Source of the DNA: Alphaproteobacteria bacterium
Lineage (GTDB): Bacteria; Pseudomonadota; Alphaproteobacteria; UBA2966
Assembly: GCA_964291395.2 (NCBI GenBank)
Contig: OZ219856.1
Span: 1,088,001-1,152,000, forward strand
DNA length: 64,000 nt
Reading direction: 5' to 3'
Positions 1-11,921 of this stretch are shown here, piece after piece; positions within the stretch are counted from its first letter, which is position 1, and each line of letters starts with the position of its first letter. A program made the translations under genes and the position numbers. Under the pieces are notes generated by a model. It had not been told where the DNA came from and made no database searches. It saw nothing but the letters and a program-made list of their open reading frames with translations.

Positions 1-257
1 GAGCGAGAGCCCGACAACGGTTGCGATATCGATTTCGTCTTGTCCAAGCCGGTCGTGCGCTTACGGTATTTCTGGATTTCCCAGTCGATGAAGTTGGGTT
101 TGCCGTCGATGACGATCATGCCCCGCTTGAACTTGCCGTCGGCGCCCACCGGCAGGGTCACCCGATCCCGGAACCCGGGATCGAGATAGCGATGGAATAG
201 ATCCTCGGGTTCGGTGACGTGCATGTCGCAATCAACGAAACGAAGCCCTTCCTTCAT
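1..257 (-). CDS. Amidohydrolase_2 family metal-dependent hydrolase, N-terminal part (runs off the window edge)
   Basis: Manual translation from ATG at 257: MKEGLRFVDCDMHVTEPEDLFHRYLDPGFRDRV...; the D-x-D-x-H-x-x-EP motif is typical of this family. Not in the ORF track. Confidence 0.8.
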   Translation of the reverse strand, partial: MKEGLRFVDCDMHVTEPEDLFHRYLDPGFRDRVTLPVGADGKFKRGMIVIDGKPNFIDWEIQKYRKRTTGLDKTKSISQPLSGSR

Positions 258-503
258 GACGGTTTCCTCGCAATTCGGCTTTGAGATGCGTCCAAGTCGC
301 TCTGTCTGCGGACCGCTGCCGGGGCGGTACGATCCGGCAAAGGGTACCAGACGGCGTCCGTTCATCCAAAGATTCATGGAATTCGCTTGTGAGCGGACAC
401 CGGGGGCATTTCGGGTTCCGTTGACACCCACGAACCATCGGCGATGATTTCGTTCGAATCGGATCCCGGGCAACTCCGACGAACCATGATGAGGTGAATC
501 GTC

Positions 504-1085
504 ATGCCGAGAATCAGACTGGTGGAACCTGAGGAAGCGACCGGAAAGGTCAAGGAGATCTTCGACGAGATCGCGGAAGCCGAAGGCTACGTTCCGGCAC
601 TCTTCCGCGCCTATGCGCTGTTCCCTCCGCTTCTCGAAGCCAACTGGCAGCAGCACAAGGCGTTGATGTTCGAAGGACAGCTGTCGTTCCGTCTCAAGGA
701 AGCGATCATGCTGACCGTGGCTGACGCGAACCGGTGCCCCACGTGAATTAGCTACCATTCCGGTGCCCTCCGTGAAGAGGGTGTTGACGAAGACGAAATC
801 GAAGCGGTGATCGCGGTGGACGGGGAGAAACTCGCCGAAAAGGAAGCGGTCATACTGGAGTTCGCCCGCCGGTCGACTCTCGAACCGGCGGACATCACCG
901 ATGAGGACTTCCAGAAGGTCAAAGACGCCGGCTACAGCGACGCGGAGATCATGGAGGCGCAATACGTTATGGGTCTCTCGACTCTGGAGACCAAATTCTG
1001 CGATTCCCTTGCGTTCGTTCCCAGCCGTCCCGAAGTCCTTGCGGCGCAGGCGGCACCGACTCCTTACCGCACAGTCGGCACCTGA
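504..1085 (+). CDS. AhpD/carboxymuconolactone decarboxylase-family peroxidase, predicted selenoprotein (Sec81, CxxU), 193 aa
   Basis: ORFs 504-746 and 807-1085 share a frame. Reading through TGA 744-746 gives KEAIMLTVADANRCPT-U-ISYH, an exact E-x11-C-x2-[C/U]-x3-H AhpD motif, with no other stop before 1085. Confidence 0.88.
744..785 (+). promoter_or_regulatory. Candidate bacterial SECIS element
   Basis: Stem GCCCTC (765-770) / GAGGGT (777-782), extendable by G-U pairs. The loop CGTGAA has G in position 2 and starts 24 nt after the UGA, which fits the bacterial SECIS consensus. Confidence 0.7.
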
Positions 1086-1181
1086 TCGTTCCCGACATGC
1101 GGCATTGCCGCCGAGCGGGCGAGTCGTCCCGCAGCGACGGCCGGCCGCCCCGCAGAGATCGTTCCTCTTTGACGGTCGCCG

Positions 1182-2177
1182 TCAGGCGACGCTCTCGTAG
1201 CGGCGAAGGACTGTGGACTCGAGCCATTCGAGGAGTTCGTGGTCGAAACCCGTTGGCCAGAGCACGAAGTAGCGCACGCCGATGTCGACGAGTTCGTCGA
1301 GGCGCGCCAGGGTTTCGGCCTTCGTGCCGATCATGTAGTCGGCCTCGACGTCCTCGAACGGCATGTTCGAGATCTTGGACAGGCGCTCGCGAGCTTCCTT
1401 CCTTTCGGTGTCGTCTTCGGAGCTCAGGAAGACGATGTTGAGGTGCGCGAAGGTGATGTCTTTCGGGTCGCGGCCGTACTCTTTCGCATACTGCGTCAGG
1501 TGCTCCCAGTCCTGCTTCATCAGTTCCCGGTTGGTCACCGCTCGCGAGATCCAGCCGTCGCCGATTCGTGCGATACGACGGAGAACCCGCTCGACCTGCG
1601 GCGAATACACCGTGTCGGCGTGGCCCGCCGCGCTGCCGCCGGCGAACCAGACGGGGATCTTCGGCTGCACCGGTAGCGGCTCGATCGTGATGTCCTTGAA
1701 CTGCCAGAATGCGCCTTCGTAACTGATGTTGGGTCCGGACAGGAGTTTGTTGACGATTTCGACGGTCTCTTCGGTTCGCGCGCCGCGCTCGCTCTTGGGA
1801 ACTCCGCTGACCTCGAACTCCTGGTCCCACCATCCGACACCCGCCCCGAAGATCACGCGGCCGTTCGATAGGTAGTCCATGGTTCCCAACGTCTTCGCCA
1901 GGATGGATGGCGTTCGGATGGGTGTGACGAGTATGGAAGTGCCGATCTTCACACGCTCGGTCACGGCCGCCACCGCGGACAGAACCGTCAGCGGCTCCAG
2001 CCACGCCGTCCGATAGATCGGGGGCGCCACGACCAGGTGATCGATGACCCAAAGGCCATCGAAGCCCATCGCCTCGACCCGTTGCGCGAATTCGGTGAGT
2101 CGCGGAAGCGTAGGGTCGTTGTCTTCATAAGCGCCTCCGTAAAACGTCGGCAGCACGATCCCCAGCTTGACAGGCAT
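1182..2177 (-). CDS. LLM-class (luciferase-like) flavin-dependent oxidoreductase
   Basis: GFDGLWVIDH, LEPLTVLSAVAAVTERVKIGT, DYLSNGRVIFGAGVGW motifs; AGGAGG RBS before ATG 2177. Confidence 0.9.
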   Translation of the reverse strand: MPVKLGIVLPTFYGGAYEDNDPTLPRLTEFAQRVEAMGFDGLWVIDHLVVAPPIYRTAWLEPLTVLSAVAAVTERVKIGTSILVTPIRTPSILAKTLGTMDYLSNGRVIFGAGVGWWDQEFEVSGVPKSERGARTEETVEIVNKLLSGPNISYEGAFWQFKDITIEPLPVQPKIPVWFAGGSAAGHADTVYSPQVERVLRRIARIGDGWISRAVTNRELMKQDWEHLTQYAKEYGRDPKDITFAHLNIVFLSSEDDTERKEARERLSKISNMPFEDVEADYMIGTKAETLARLDELVDIGVRYFVLWPTGFDHELLEWLESTVLRRYESVA

Positions 2178-2260
2178 GAACTCTCCTCCTGACTTCGGCC
2201 TGAAGCGCCGATCTTCGCTCCGAGACGCTTCCGGACGGGATTTCGGCGTGGGCACCCTGC

Positions 2261-3121
2261 TCAATAAGGGGTGTCGCCCTCGATGGTGGTGCGGTGCATG
2301 TGGCGCCGGTGGCGGCGGTCATAGGGCGCGACGCGGTGCATGGTGCAGCGGTTGTCCCACATGAGGATGTCGTAGGGGCGCCACTTGTGTGTGTAGATGT
2401 TCTCGGGGCGTGTCGCATGGGCGACGAGTTTGCGAATAAGGGCGCGGCCTTCCTCCGGATCCATGCCGACGATGCGGTCCGTGTGCGACTGGCTGACATA
2501 GAGGGATTTGCGCCCCGTTTCGGGATGCGTACGGATCACGGGGTGCACGACGTCAGGCGTCTTGGTGAGCTGTGCCTTCGACATCCGAATGCGTCCGTCG
2601 ACGCTCGTGCGCCGGCCTTCGGCAACCCGATTGACCGCCGTCATGCCTTCTAGTCGCCCTTTCGCAGCTTGAGGCAACGTGTCGTAGGCACGGGTCATGT
2701 TCGTGAACAACGTGTCGCCGCCCGTGGGCGGTACCTGCAGCGCGTACAGAATGGACCCCAAGCTCGGCCGTTTCATGTAGGCCAGATCGGAATGCCAATA
2801 CTTGCCGGCATCGGCGAGGCCGATAAGCTCGCCCTTTTCCCGCTTGTTCGACACCCGCAGGATCTCGGGGTGTCCCGGCAGCAGGAATTGGTCAAAGACG
2901 TGAGTGGCGAGGCCGCCGAACCGGCGGCTGAAGGCGATATGCTGCTCCGGCGTGATGTGCTGATCCCGGAATAGAATCAGGGAATGTTCCAGGAAAGCGC
3001 CGTGGATCGCGCGGAAAGTGATCTCGTCCATCGGCCGGGCGAGGTCGACGTCGAAAAGCTCGGCGCCCAAGGCATCCGAGAGGGGCCGCGTTTCGATCTT
3101 CATGACTTCACGCAGTGCCAC
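2261..3121 (-). CDS. TauD/TfdA family Fe(II)/2-oxoglutarate dioxygenase
   Basis: WHSD, GGDTLF, HPVIRTHPETGRKSLY, WDNRCTMH motifs; alternative start at 3103. Confidence 0.92.
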   Translation of the reverse strand: MALREVMKIETRPLSDALGAELFDVDLARPMDEITFRAIHGAFLEHSLILFRDQHITPEQHIAFSRRFGGLATHVFDQFLLPGHPEILRVSNKREKGELIGLADAGKYWHSDLAYMKRPSLGSILYALQVPPTGGDTLFTNMTRAYDTLPQAAKGRLEGMTAVNRVAEGRRTSVDGRIRMSKAQLTKTPDVVHPVIRTHPETGRKSLYVSQSHTDRIVGMDPEEGRALIRKLVAHATRPENIYTHKWRPYDILMWDNRCTMHRVAPYDRRHRRHMHRTTIEGDTPY

Positions 3122-3190
3122 TGTTTCGCTTTATGCCGACAATCGGTCAGAGAGCGTGATGCCGGAGGATAGCATACGCGGGGCGTGCCT

Positions 3191-4132
3191 TCACGAGTCG
3201 GGTTGGGACGCGCCGGGCCGCGGCAACACGGTCGAGATGCCGGCGACGAGCAGGAGGAGGGCGGTGACTTCCATCCAACCCAGGGGTTCTCCCAATGCCA
3301 GGGCTCCGATGACGAGACTCACGACCGGGACCGCGAGGACCGAGAGGGACGCCACCCAGGCCGGCACCATGTCGACGATCTTGAACCAGAGCCAGTAGGC
3401 GGCGGATACCCCCAGAAACGTCGCGTAAGCTGTACCCGTCCAGGCAAGCACCGAGGCACGTTCCATGGTGACGAAGTCCGGAATGGCGAGCACGATCAGC
3501 GGGATGCCGCCGAGCAGGAACTGCCAGCCCACGAGGACCAGCGTGGGCGCCTGCCAGGGAATCCTCTTCATCAAAACCGTCCCGACGGCCCACGAGAACG
3601 CCGCCACCATCATCGCCGCGATGCCCCGCCAGTCCCCTTCGATCATGTTCAGGTTTCTGAACAGCAGGATTCCGACGGCGCACATTCCGAGGGCCAGGCC
3701 GATCCACTTGCCGAGACTCGGGGTTTCGCGCAGCGCGACGGTGCTGATGAGAAACAGCCAGAGCGGGAAGGTATATGCGGCGATCGCGGTGTGTCCCGCC
3801 GTGATGTAAGACAGCGCTAGGCCCGTGAAATACAGCCATAGCGTCGCGTTGAAGAGGGCGGCCGGCAGAATCCAGCGGCGCTCGGTAGCGTCGAGGCGCA
3901 GCGATTGACCGGCGAGTACGGCGAGAACGAGCACCAGAGCGCCGCCGCCGATGCCGCACAAGCCGCGTACGACGAAAATGGGAATCTCGTCGATCGCGAC
4001 CTTCGTCAAGGGCCAGCTGTTGCCCCAGATCAATGTCAGCAGCACCAGCAGCAGAAGACCGCGGGCCGGAAGACGCGTCGGCTCGGGTGCCGAGTCGGGG
4101 GTGCCCTGGTGTCGACCCGTCGCGTCCGCCAT
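3191..4132 (-). CDS. DMT/EamA family transporter
   Basis: About 10 hydrophobic segments in two EamA repeats (LIWGNSW...; ALGEPLGW). Confidence 0.9.
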   Translation of the reverse strand: MADATGRHQGTPDSAPEPTRLPARGLLLLVLLTLIWGNSWPLTKVAIDEIPIFVVRGLCGIGGGALVLVLAVLAGQSLRLDATERRWILPAALFNATLWLYFTGLALSYITAGHTAIAAYTFPLWLFLISTVALRETPSLGKWIGLALGMCAVGILLFRNLNMIEGDWRGIAAMMVAAFSWAVGTVLMKRIPWQAPTLVLVGWQFLLGGIPLIVLAIPDFVTMERASVLAWTGTAYATFLGVSAAYWLWFKIVDMVPAWVASLSVLAVPVVSLVIGALALGEPLGWMEVTALLLLVAGISTVLPRPGASQPDS

Positions 4133-4135
4133 GTC

Positions 4136-4460
4136 CTACGTCATGACCGAGGGTAAGCGGGGGCTGCGGTGGTGGAACGTCGACACCGTCGTGAGCGCGC
4201 CGGGGACGCGGAGGAGGGCGGTGACCTCAATGAGGCCGGGGGGCTCGTCGAGCGTCGGCAGCACCCGCAGCGGTGGGTGTCGTATCGAATCGGATGATGG
4301 AGAGGCGGACATCCCCGCTGACCTACCGCCGTCGCTCCGAGAAGTCCACAGGCCGTCTCACCATTTGCCAACCGATCGTGGGATTGGCCTTGAAGCTCTT
4401 GTCCTGTCGCGGGTGGCCTTCCCGGGTCCAGGCTGTTCCTCGATGGTCTTCTGGGGTATG
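4136..4460 (-). pseudogene. Degenerate remnant of a second EamA gene
   Basis: 4136-4265 translates ...LDEPPGLIEVTALLRV..., matching LGEPLGWMEVTALLLL of the adjacent EamA. GGAGGAGGGCGGTGAC occurs at both about 3253 and about 4210. Further upstream PTIGWQMV resembles PTLVLVGWQFL. Confidence 0.6.
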
Positions 4461-4495
4461 TGAGTCATCCTGGCGTTGGCGAAGGAGGTTCGGCG

Positions 4496-5746
4496 ATGAA
4501 TCGGAGCATCGTTGAAACCGTACAAGGTGGCCCGCCACTCGCGGGAAAGCGGGTCCTCGATCTGACGCAGGTCGTCGCGGGCCCGTTCTGTACGACCATG
4601 CTGGCCGATCTCGGCGCCGAGGTCGTGAAGCTGGAGCGGCCGGGAATCGGCGACGATACGCGCCGGGTCCAGCGTTACGAGGGCCGCGAGGACCACGAGG
4701 ACTACTTCAATGCCAGCAACCGCTGCAAGAAGAGCATCGAGCTCGATCTCAAGGACCCGGTACATTTGGCGATCGGCCGGGGGCTGGCCACGCGGGCGGA
4801 CGTAGTGGTCGAGAACTTCGCGCCCGGAACCGCCGCGCGCCTCGGCATGGCATGGGAAGACCTGCAGCCCCTGAATTCGCGTCTCGTCTATTGCTCGATA
4901 TCGGGGTTCGGCCAGGACGGCCCCTATCGTGACCGTCTGGCGCTCGACACCATGACGCAGGCCGTGGCCGGTCTGATGAGTGTCACCGGCTTTCCCGACG
5001 GCGATCCCGTGATCATGGGGGCCCCGCTCGCCGACGTCATTAGCGGTATGTTCGCCGCCTATGCGGTGCTCGGTGCACTCTATTCCGTCGCCCAGGGCGG
5101 CAACGGCCAGCATATCGACGTGAGCATGCAAGACAGCCTGATTGCCGCCATCGGTCCCCGCATGGGAGAGGCTCTCCAGGCCGGCAGATCATCGGGCCGG
5201 ATGGGAAACGAGAACCCTATCCGCGTGCCGTCCGACACCTTCCGGACACGTGACGGCCGGTTTATCAACATTACGGTGGTCAACGAACGCCATTGGGCGC
5301 CGTTCTGCCGTGCCATCGATCGTGAAGAGTGGATCGATGACCCGCGGTTCGCCGACATGCCCTCCCGCATCCGGCACCGCGCCGACCTCAAAGGGCCGCT
5401 CGTTGCGCGGTTCGCGGAAGAGACGCTCGAGGAATGGATATCGCGCCTGGATGCGGCACGGGTCCCGTATGCACCCGTCAACGACTACGCCCAGGCCCTG
5501 GCGGATCACCAGGTCGCGCACCGCGGGCTCGTGCGCGAAGTGGAACATCCCGGGTCGGGCGCCATCAACGTGATCGGCCCGCCATGGATTTCGACGCTCG
5601 CCTCCCCGCCCATGACACCGCCCCCGCTCCTCGGACAGCATACGGAGGAGGTCCTGCGGACATGGCTCGGCTGGAGCTCCAACTCGATCGCCGAATTCCT
5701 CCGTTCCGGAGAGGCGCCCGCCAGCAGCGTCGCGGCCGGTTCCTGA
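4496..5746 (+). CDS. Family III CoA transferase (CaiB/BaiF)
   Basis: PLAGKRVLDLTQVVAGPFCTTMLADLGAEVVKLERP, ADVVVENFAPG, SISGFGQDGPY motifs; GGAGG RBS. Confidence 0.92.
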   Translation: MNRSIVETVQGGPPLAGKRVLDLTQVVAGPFCTTMLADLGAEVVKLERPGIGDDTRRVQRYEGREDHEDYFNASNRCKKSIELDLKDPVHLAIGRGLATRADVVVENFAPGTAARLGMAWEDLQPLNSRLVYCSISGFGQDGPYRDRLALDTMTQAVAGLMSVTGFPDGDPVIMGAPLADVISGMFAAYAVLGALYSVAQGGNGQHIDVSMQDSLIAAIGPRMGEALQAGRSSGRMGNENPIRVPSDTFRTRDGRFINITVVNERHWAPFCRAIDREEWIDDPRFADMPSRIRHRADLKGPLVARFAEETLEEWISRLDAARVPYAPVNDYAQALADHQVAHRGLVREVEHPGSGAINVIGPPWISTLASPPMTPPPLLGQHTEEVLRTWLGWSSNSIAEFLRSGEAPASSVAAGS

Positions 5747-5799
5747 TACCCCGAAGCGGAGGAAGGGGGTCTCTCCCCACGTACGTCGAAAGATGATCG

Positions 5800-7026
<1,227 letters not shown>

Positions 7027-7043
7027 GTACGCTCTCGTTTCTT

Positions 7044-7436
7044 TCAATCCGACGGGACCACGGCGGTCGTCTCGATCTCCAGCAGGGCGTCTTCGTACAC
7101 CAGCCGGGATACTTCGACCAACGTCATCGTGGGATAGTGTTTCCCGATGATCTCTCCGTAGGCGGCGCCGACCTCCTTGAGGGCCGCCAGGTATTTGTCC
7201 AGGTCGGTGACATACCACGTCATACGTGTAATGTGTTCGGGCCTGGCGCCCGCCTCGGCCAGGACGGCGACGGTGTTCTCGAGAACTCGCCGGAACTGGC
7301 TGCCGAAATCCGGCGCGAAGTCACCCTCGGGCGTCGAGCCGACCTGTCCGGCGACGAAGACCTGCCGCCCCTCGGCCGCAATTCCGTTGGAATAGCCGCG
7401 GGGACGTGGCCAGCCTTCGGGGTTCAGAACCTGCAT
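7044..7436 (-). CDS. RidA/YjgF family protein
   Basis: [39 protein letters not shown]. Confidence 0.9.
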   Translation of the reverse strand: MQVLNPEGWPRPRGYSNGIAAEGRQVFVAGQVGSTPEGDFAPDFGSQFRRVLENTVAVLAEAGARPEHITRMTWYVTDLDKYLAALKEVGAAYGEIIGKHYPTMTLVEVSRLVYEDALLEIETTAVVPSD

Positions 7437-7543
7437 GAAAGTCTCCACCGCTATTTTCGCGGGCGACGCCCGGCAATGTCTGGAACGAAGGATTACCGCG
7501 CTCTTCCTTCGTGTATACCATGTGGAAGGGGTGTTGCGTGGCA

Positions 7544-7557
7544 CTGACATGGATCAA
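7544..7557. promoter_or_regulatory. Candidate FNR/FnrL/FixK box upstream of hemA
   Basis: CTGAC-ATGG-ATCAA matches TTGAT-N4-ATCAA at 8 of 10 positions, about 110 nt before the hemA start. Confidence 0.45.
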
Positions 7558-7665
7558 GGCGATGGCAGGGCTCATGGGCAAGGTATCCGTGTCAATCTGG
7601 GTACTCCGCGCTATATGATGAACGGGGCGCCGAGCCACCCTGAGGGGTGATCGCGAGGACGCGGC

Positions 7666-8877
7666 ATGGACTACACGAAACTGTTTGCTGATCGGGTGGC
7701 GGATCTCAAGAAGGAGGGTCGTTATCGCATCTTCGCCGAACTCGCGCGGAAGAAAGGAAGTTACCCCCACGCATCATGGTACACGGGCGACGGGACCCAG
7801 GACGTCATCGTCTGGTGCAGCAACGACTATCTCGGAATGGGTCAGCACCCCGAGGTCGTCGCGGCGATGCGCGAGGCCCTGGAAAGGTGCGGCGCCGGCG
7901 CCGGCGGCACCCGGAACATCTCGGGCACCAATCACTATCACGTGCTCCTGGAGCGCGAGCTCGCGGATCTTCACGGCAAGGAAGCCGCTCTCATCTTCAC
8001 GTCCGGCTACAACGCCAACGAGGCGGGCCTCAGCACCTTGGGCCGACTCATTCCCGGGACGATCACGTTCTCGGACGAGCTCAACCACGCCTCGATGATC
8101 GAGGGAATCAAGCACGGTCGCACCAGCAAGCGGATCTTCCGGCACAACGATCCAACTCATCTCGAGGAGTTGTTGAAGGAGACGCCGTCCGATGCACCGA
8201 AGCTGATCGCCTTCGAGTCGGTGTACTCCATGGATGGCGACATCGCGCCCATCGCCGATTTCTGCGATCTCGCCGATGAATACGGCGCCATGACCTATCT
8301 GGACGAAGTTCACGCCGTTGGCCTCTACGGGACGCGCGGCGCGGGTGTAGCGGAACGCGACGGGCAGATGGGCCGGGTCACCGTCATCAACGGGACGCTG
8401 GGCAAGGCGTTCGGGGTCGGCGGCGGCTATCTGGCGGGGCCGGATGCCATCATGGATGCCATCCGCAGCTATGCTGCGGCGTTTATCTTTTCGACGGCGC
8501 TCTCGCCCGTCATCGCCGCTGGCGCGCTGGCGAGCGTCCGGCACCTGAAGGACGCCGAGGCCATTCGGGAACGGCACCAGGAGCGGGCGGCAAAGCTGAA
8601 ACGGAGGTTGCGTGAGACCGGGCTGCCCGTGACGGACTCGGTGACGCACATCGTGCCCGTGATGATCGGTGACGCCGAGCGCTGCAAGGAAGTCTCGGAC
8701 ATGCTTCTCGAGGGGTACGGGATCTACGTTCAGCCGATCAACTACCCCACGGTGCCGCGCGGCACGGAGCGCCTGCGCTTTACGCCGACGCCGCTCCATA
8801 CCGACGAGATGATCGAGCACCTCGTCGATTCTCTGAACACGGTGTGGGGACGGTTGAACCTCAGGCGCGCGGCGTAG
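7666..8877 (+). CDS. hemA: 5-aminolevulinate synthase
   Basis: [41 protein letters not shown] (PLP lysine), [18 protein letters not shown]. Confidence 0.97.
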   Translation: MDYTKLFADRVADLKKEGRYRIFAELARKKGSYPHASWYTGDGTQDVIVWCSNDYLGMGQHPEVVAAMREALERCGAGAGGTRNISGTNHYHVLLERELADLHGKEAALIFTSGYNANEAGLSTLGRLIPGTITFSDELNHASMIEGIKHGRTSKRIFRHNDPTHLEELLKETPSDAPKLIAFESVYSMDGDIAPIADFCDLADEYGAMTYLDEVHAVGLYGTRGAGVAERDGQMGRVTVINGTLGKAFGVGGGYLAGPDAIMDAIRSYAAAFIFSTALSPVIAAGALASVRHLKDAEAIRERHQERAAKLKRRLRETGLPVTDSVTHIVPVMIGDAERCKEVSDMLLEGYGIYVQPINYPTVPRGTERLRFTPTPLHTDEMIEHLVDSLNTVWGRLNLRRAA

Positions 8878-9141
8878 GGCGGATCTTGCTCCGGGCGGGT
8901 ATGGTCCCCGTGACTCTCCATGTTCATGACGTCTTCTGGCCCGCCGTTTGCGTGGATTTGACGACCGGTTCTCCGGGCGCCCTGCGAACCGTTTACCGGG
9001 TAGTTCGGGCCGGCCATGTCCAATTCGGTACCGTTGCGGAAGCAAGTCATCCCTTTGGCGCGGGACACGCTCCGTTTTGCGAACGTGCCCTCATTCGGTA
9101 ACTTTAGGGCTCCGAAATTTGACACCGAAGGATCCAGGCTC

Positions 9142-9867
9142 ATGACACAGGCAACCACCCTTGCATCCCAGGCGGAGTCGTTGACATCACTGCTTGGGTT
9201 ATCCGAACCCCCGCTCGCCATCACGTTTTCATCCGAAGCGCCCGATGGTGTGGAACGCTTTGACGCCGCGATGCCGGAGCCCACGCCGGACGGCCGAACG
9301 GGCCGGGTCGCCGCGGGCTGCGTGTTCTGGGTGGAGGCGCGCAGCGGGACGTTCACGACGGTGGCGGAGGATCACGGCAACTGCAGTGTCGGTTCGCTGA
9401 CCCATGGGTTCAAGACCCTGGAGGAGGCGGCGACCGGTGCGGACGTGGCGGCACTGGTCGAATCGGAGTGGGTGACGCCGGACGTATTTCCGCACATCCC
9501 GACGGTAAGCGAGAAGCCCGGGTTCGTGACCTACGGGCCCCTCCGTGAATCGCCGGCCGCACCGGATGTCGTGTTCCTGCGGTTGAACGGCAAGCAGGCC
9601 ATGATGCTGCACGATGCCTGGCCGGAACTTCGTGTCGAAGGCAAGCCTCAGTGTCACATCATCCCCATCGCCAAGGAGAGCGGCGACGTCGCGCTGAGCG
9701 TAGGGTGCATGCTGAGCCGTGTCCGAACGGGCATGAGCAACAACGAGGTCACATGCGCCATCCCGGCGGTAAAGCTGGGCGAGCTCCTTGAGCGGCTTGA
9801 AACCGCGAACGGCGCCGACATGAAGGTGGCGGCCTATGCCGCGGCGGATGCCAAGCGTTTCGCCTAG
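9142..9867 (+). CDS. DUF169-like Cys-containing protein
   Basis: LGLSEPPLAITF, AGCVFW, HGNCSVG, YGPL..PDVV, SVGCMLSRVRTG pattern. Confidence 0.7.
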   Translation: MTQATTLASQAESLTSLLGLSEPPLAITFSSEAPDGVERFDAAMPEPTPDGRTGRVAAGCVFWVEARSGTFTTVAEDHGNCSVGSLTHGFKTLEEAATGADVAALVESEWVTPDVFPHIPTVSEKPGFVTYGPLRESPAAPDVVFLRLNGKQAMMLHDAWPELRVEGKPQCHIIPIAKESGDVALSVGCMLSRVRTGMSNNEVTCAIPAVKLGELLERLETANGADMKVAAYAAADAKRFA

Positions 9868-9955
9868 ACCTCGCCGTCTGTTGGTCGCTCTGAAGGTCCT
9901 CTGATATGCGCATCGGCATCTCGCGCGAAGAGTCCGGCAGGTCCGTGAAGGAACC

Positions 9956-10942
9956 GTGATGTCGGACACGATCCCCGTCATCGACATTTCCGACTTCATG
10001 TCGGGCTCGGCGAAGGGGTTGGAGAACGCCGCGCGCCAGGTGCGCGAGGCCCTGACGACGGTCGGCTTTTTCGTTCTCGAGGGACACGGCGTACCGCGGG
10101 CGCGGATTGACCGCGCGTTCGCCGCCGCCGCACGGCTGCACGAGTTGCCCATGACGACGAAGCTCGCCCTGAGAATGAACGAGCACAACAACGGCTACAT
10201 GACCTTGGGTCGTTACGCGGTCTGGACGTCCGAGGTGAACGACAACGACCGGCCCGACTTGAACGAGGCCTTCTTCATCCGGCGCGAGCGGCCCGCGGAT
10301 GATCCTGTCTATGCGTCGGGGCGGCGTTTTCTGGGACCCAACCAATGGCCCGACGAAAACGATATGCCGGGATTCCGCGCCGAGATTCTCGATTACATGC
10401 GCGCCCTCGAAACATTGTCGCACCGCTTCCTGCCCGTCGCAGCCAGGTCCCTCGATCTTGAGCCGGACTGGTTCGACGGGTTTTTCGCGGACAGCTACTA
10501 CATTCTGCGCGTGTCCCACTATCCGCCGGTGGAGGCAGGGGCCAACCAGTACGGAATCGCGCCGCACACCGACGCCAATTTCCTGACCTTCCTGCCGCTC
10601 ACCGACGTTCCCGGCCTTCAGGTGCGCATGCCCGACGGCGGATGGCAGGACGTGCCCTACGTTCCCGGCGCTTTCGCGGTGAATTCCGGCGACATCGTGA
10701 AACGATGGTCGAACGGACGCTTCAAGTCGACGCCGCACCGCGCGCTTCCGCCGGTGGACCGGGATCGCTACGCCCTGCCGTTCTTTTTCGGTCCGAGTTG
10801 GGATGCGACCATCGAATGTATGCCCGGCTGCAGCGGACCGGACAATCCGCCACGGTGGCCGGTGACTACCTACGGTGAGTGGATGACGGGCTGGTACGAC
10901 GCCAACTACGATCATAGGGTCCAGGTTTCCGCCGTCGGATAG
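9956..10942 (+). CDS. Isopenicillin N synthase-like 2OG-Fe(II) oxygenase
   Basis: IPVIDIS, VGFFVLEGHGV, HYPP, HTD...STPHR facial triad. Confidence 0.9.
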   Translation: MMSDTIPVIDISDFMSGSAKGLENAARQVREALTTVGFFVLEGHGVPRARIDRAFAAAARLHELPMTTKLALRMNEHNNGYMTLGRYAVWTSEVNDNDRPDLNEAFFIRRERPADDPVYASGRRFLGPNQWPDENDMPGFRAEILDYMRALETLSHRFLPVAARSLDLEPDWFDGFFADSYYILRVSHYPPVEAGANQYGIAPHTDANFLTFLPLTDVPGLQVRMPDGGWQDVPYVPGAFAVNSGDIVKRWSNGRFKSTPHRALPPVDRDRYALPFFFGPSWDATIECMPGCSGPDNPPRWPVTTYGEWMTGWYDANYDHRVQVSAVG

Positions 10943-10990
10943 CGGTCTCCGTGCCTTGTCCTTCGACGGGTTCAATCACAGGGGGCACGT

Positions 10991-11917
<927 letters not shown>

Positions 11918-11921
11918 ACCG

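Noticed and set aside
504-1085. Reading the AhpD gene as two genes or a nonsense pseudogene
   Set aside because: The stop is UGA exactly at a catalytic Cys position and is followed by a SECIS-like hairpin, so Sec read-through explains it better.
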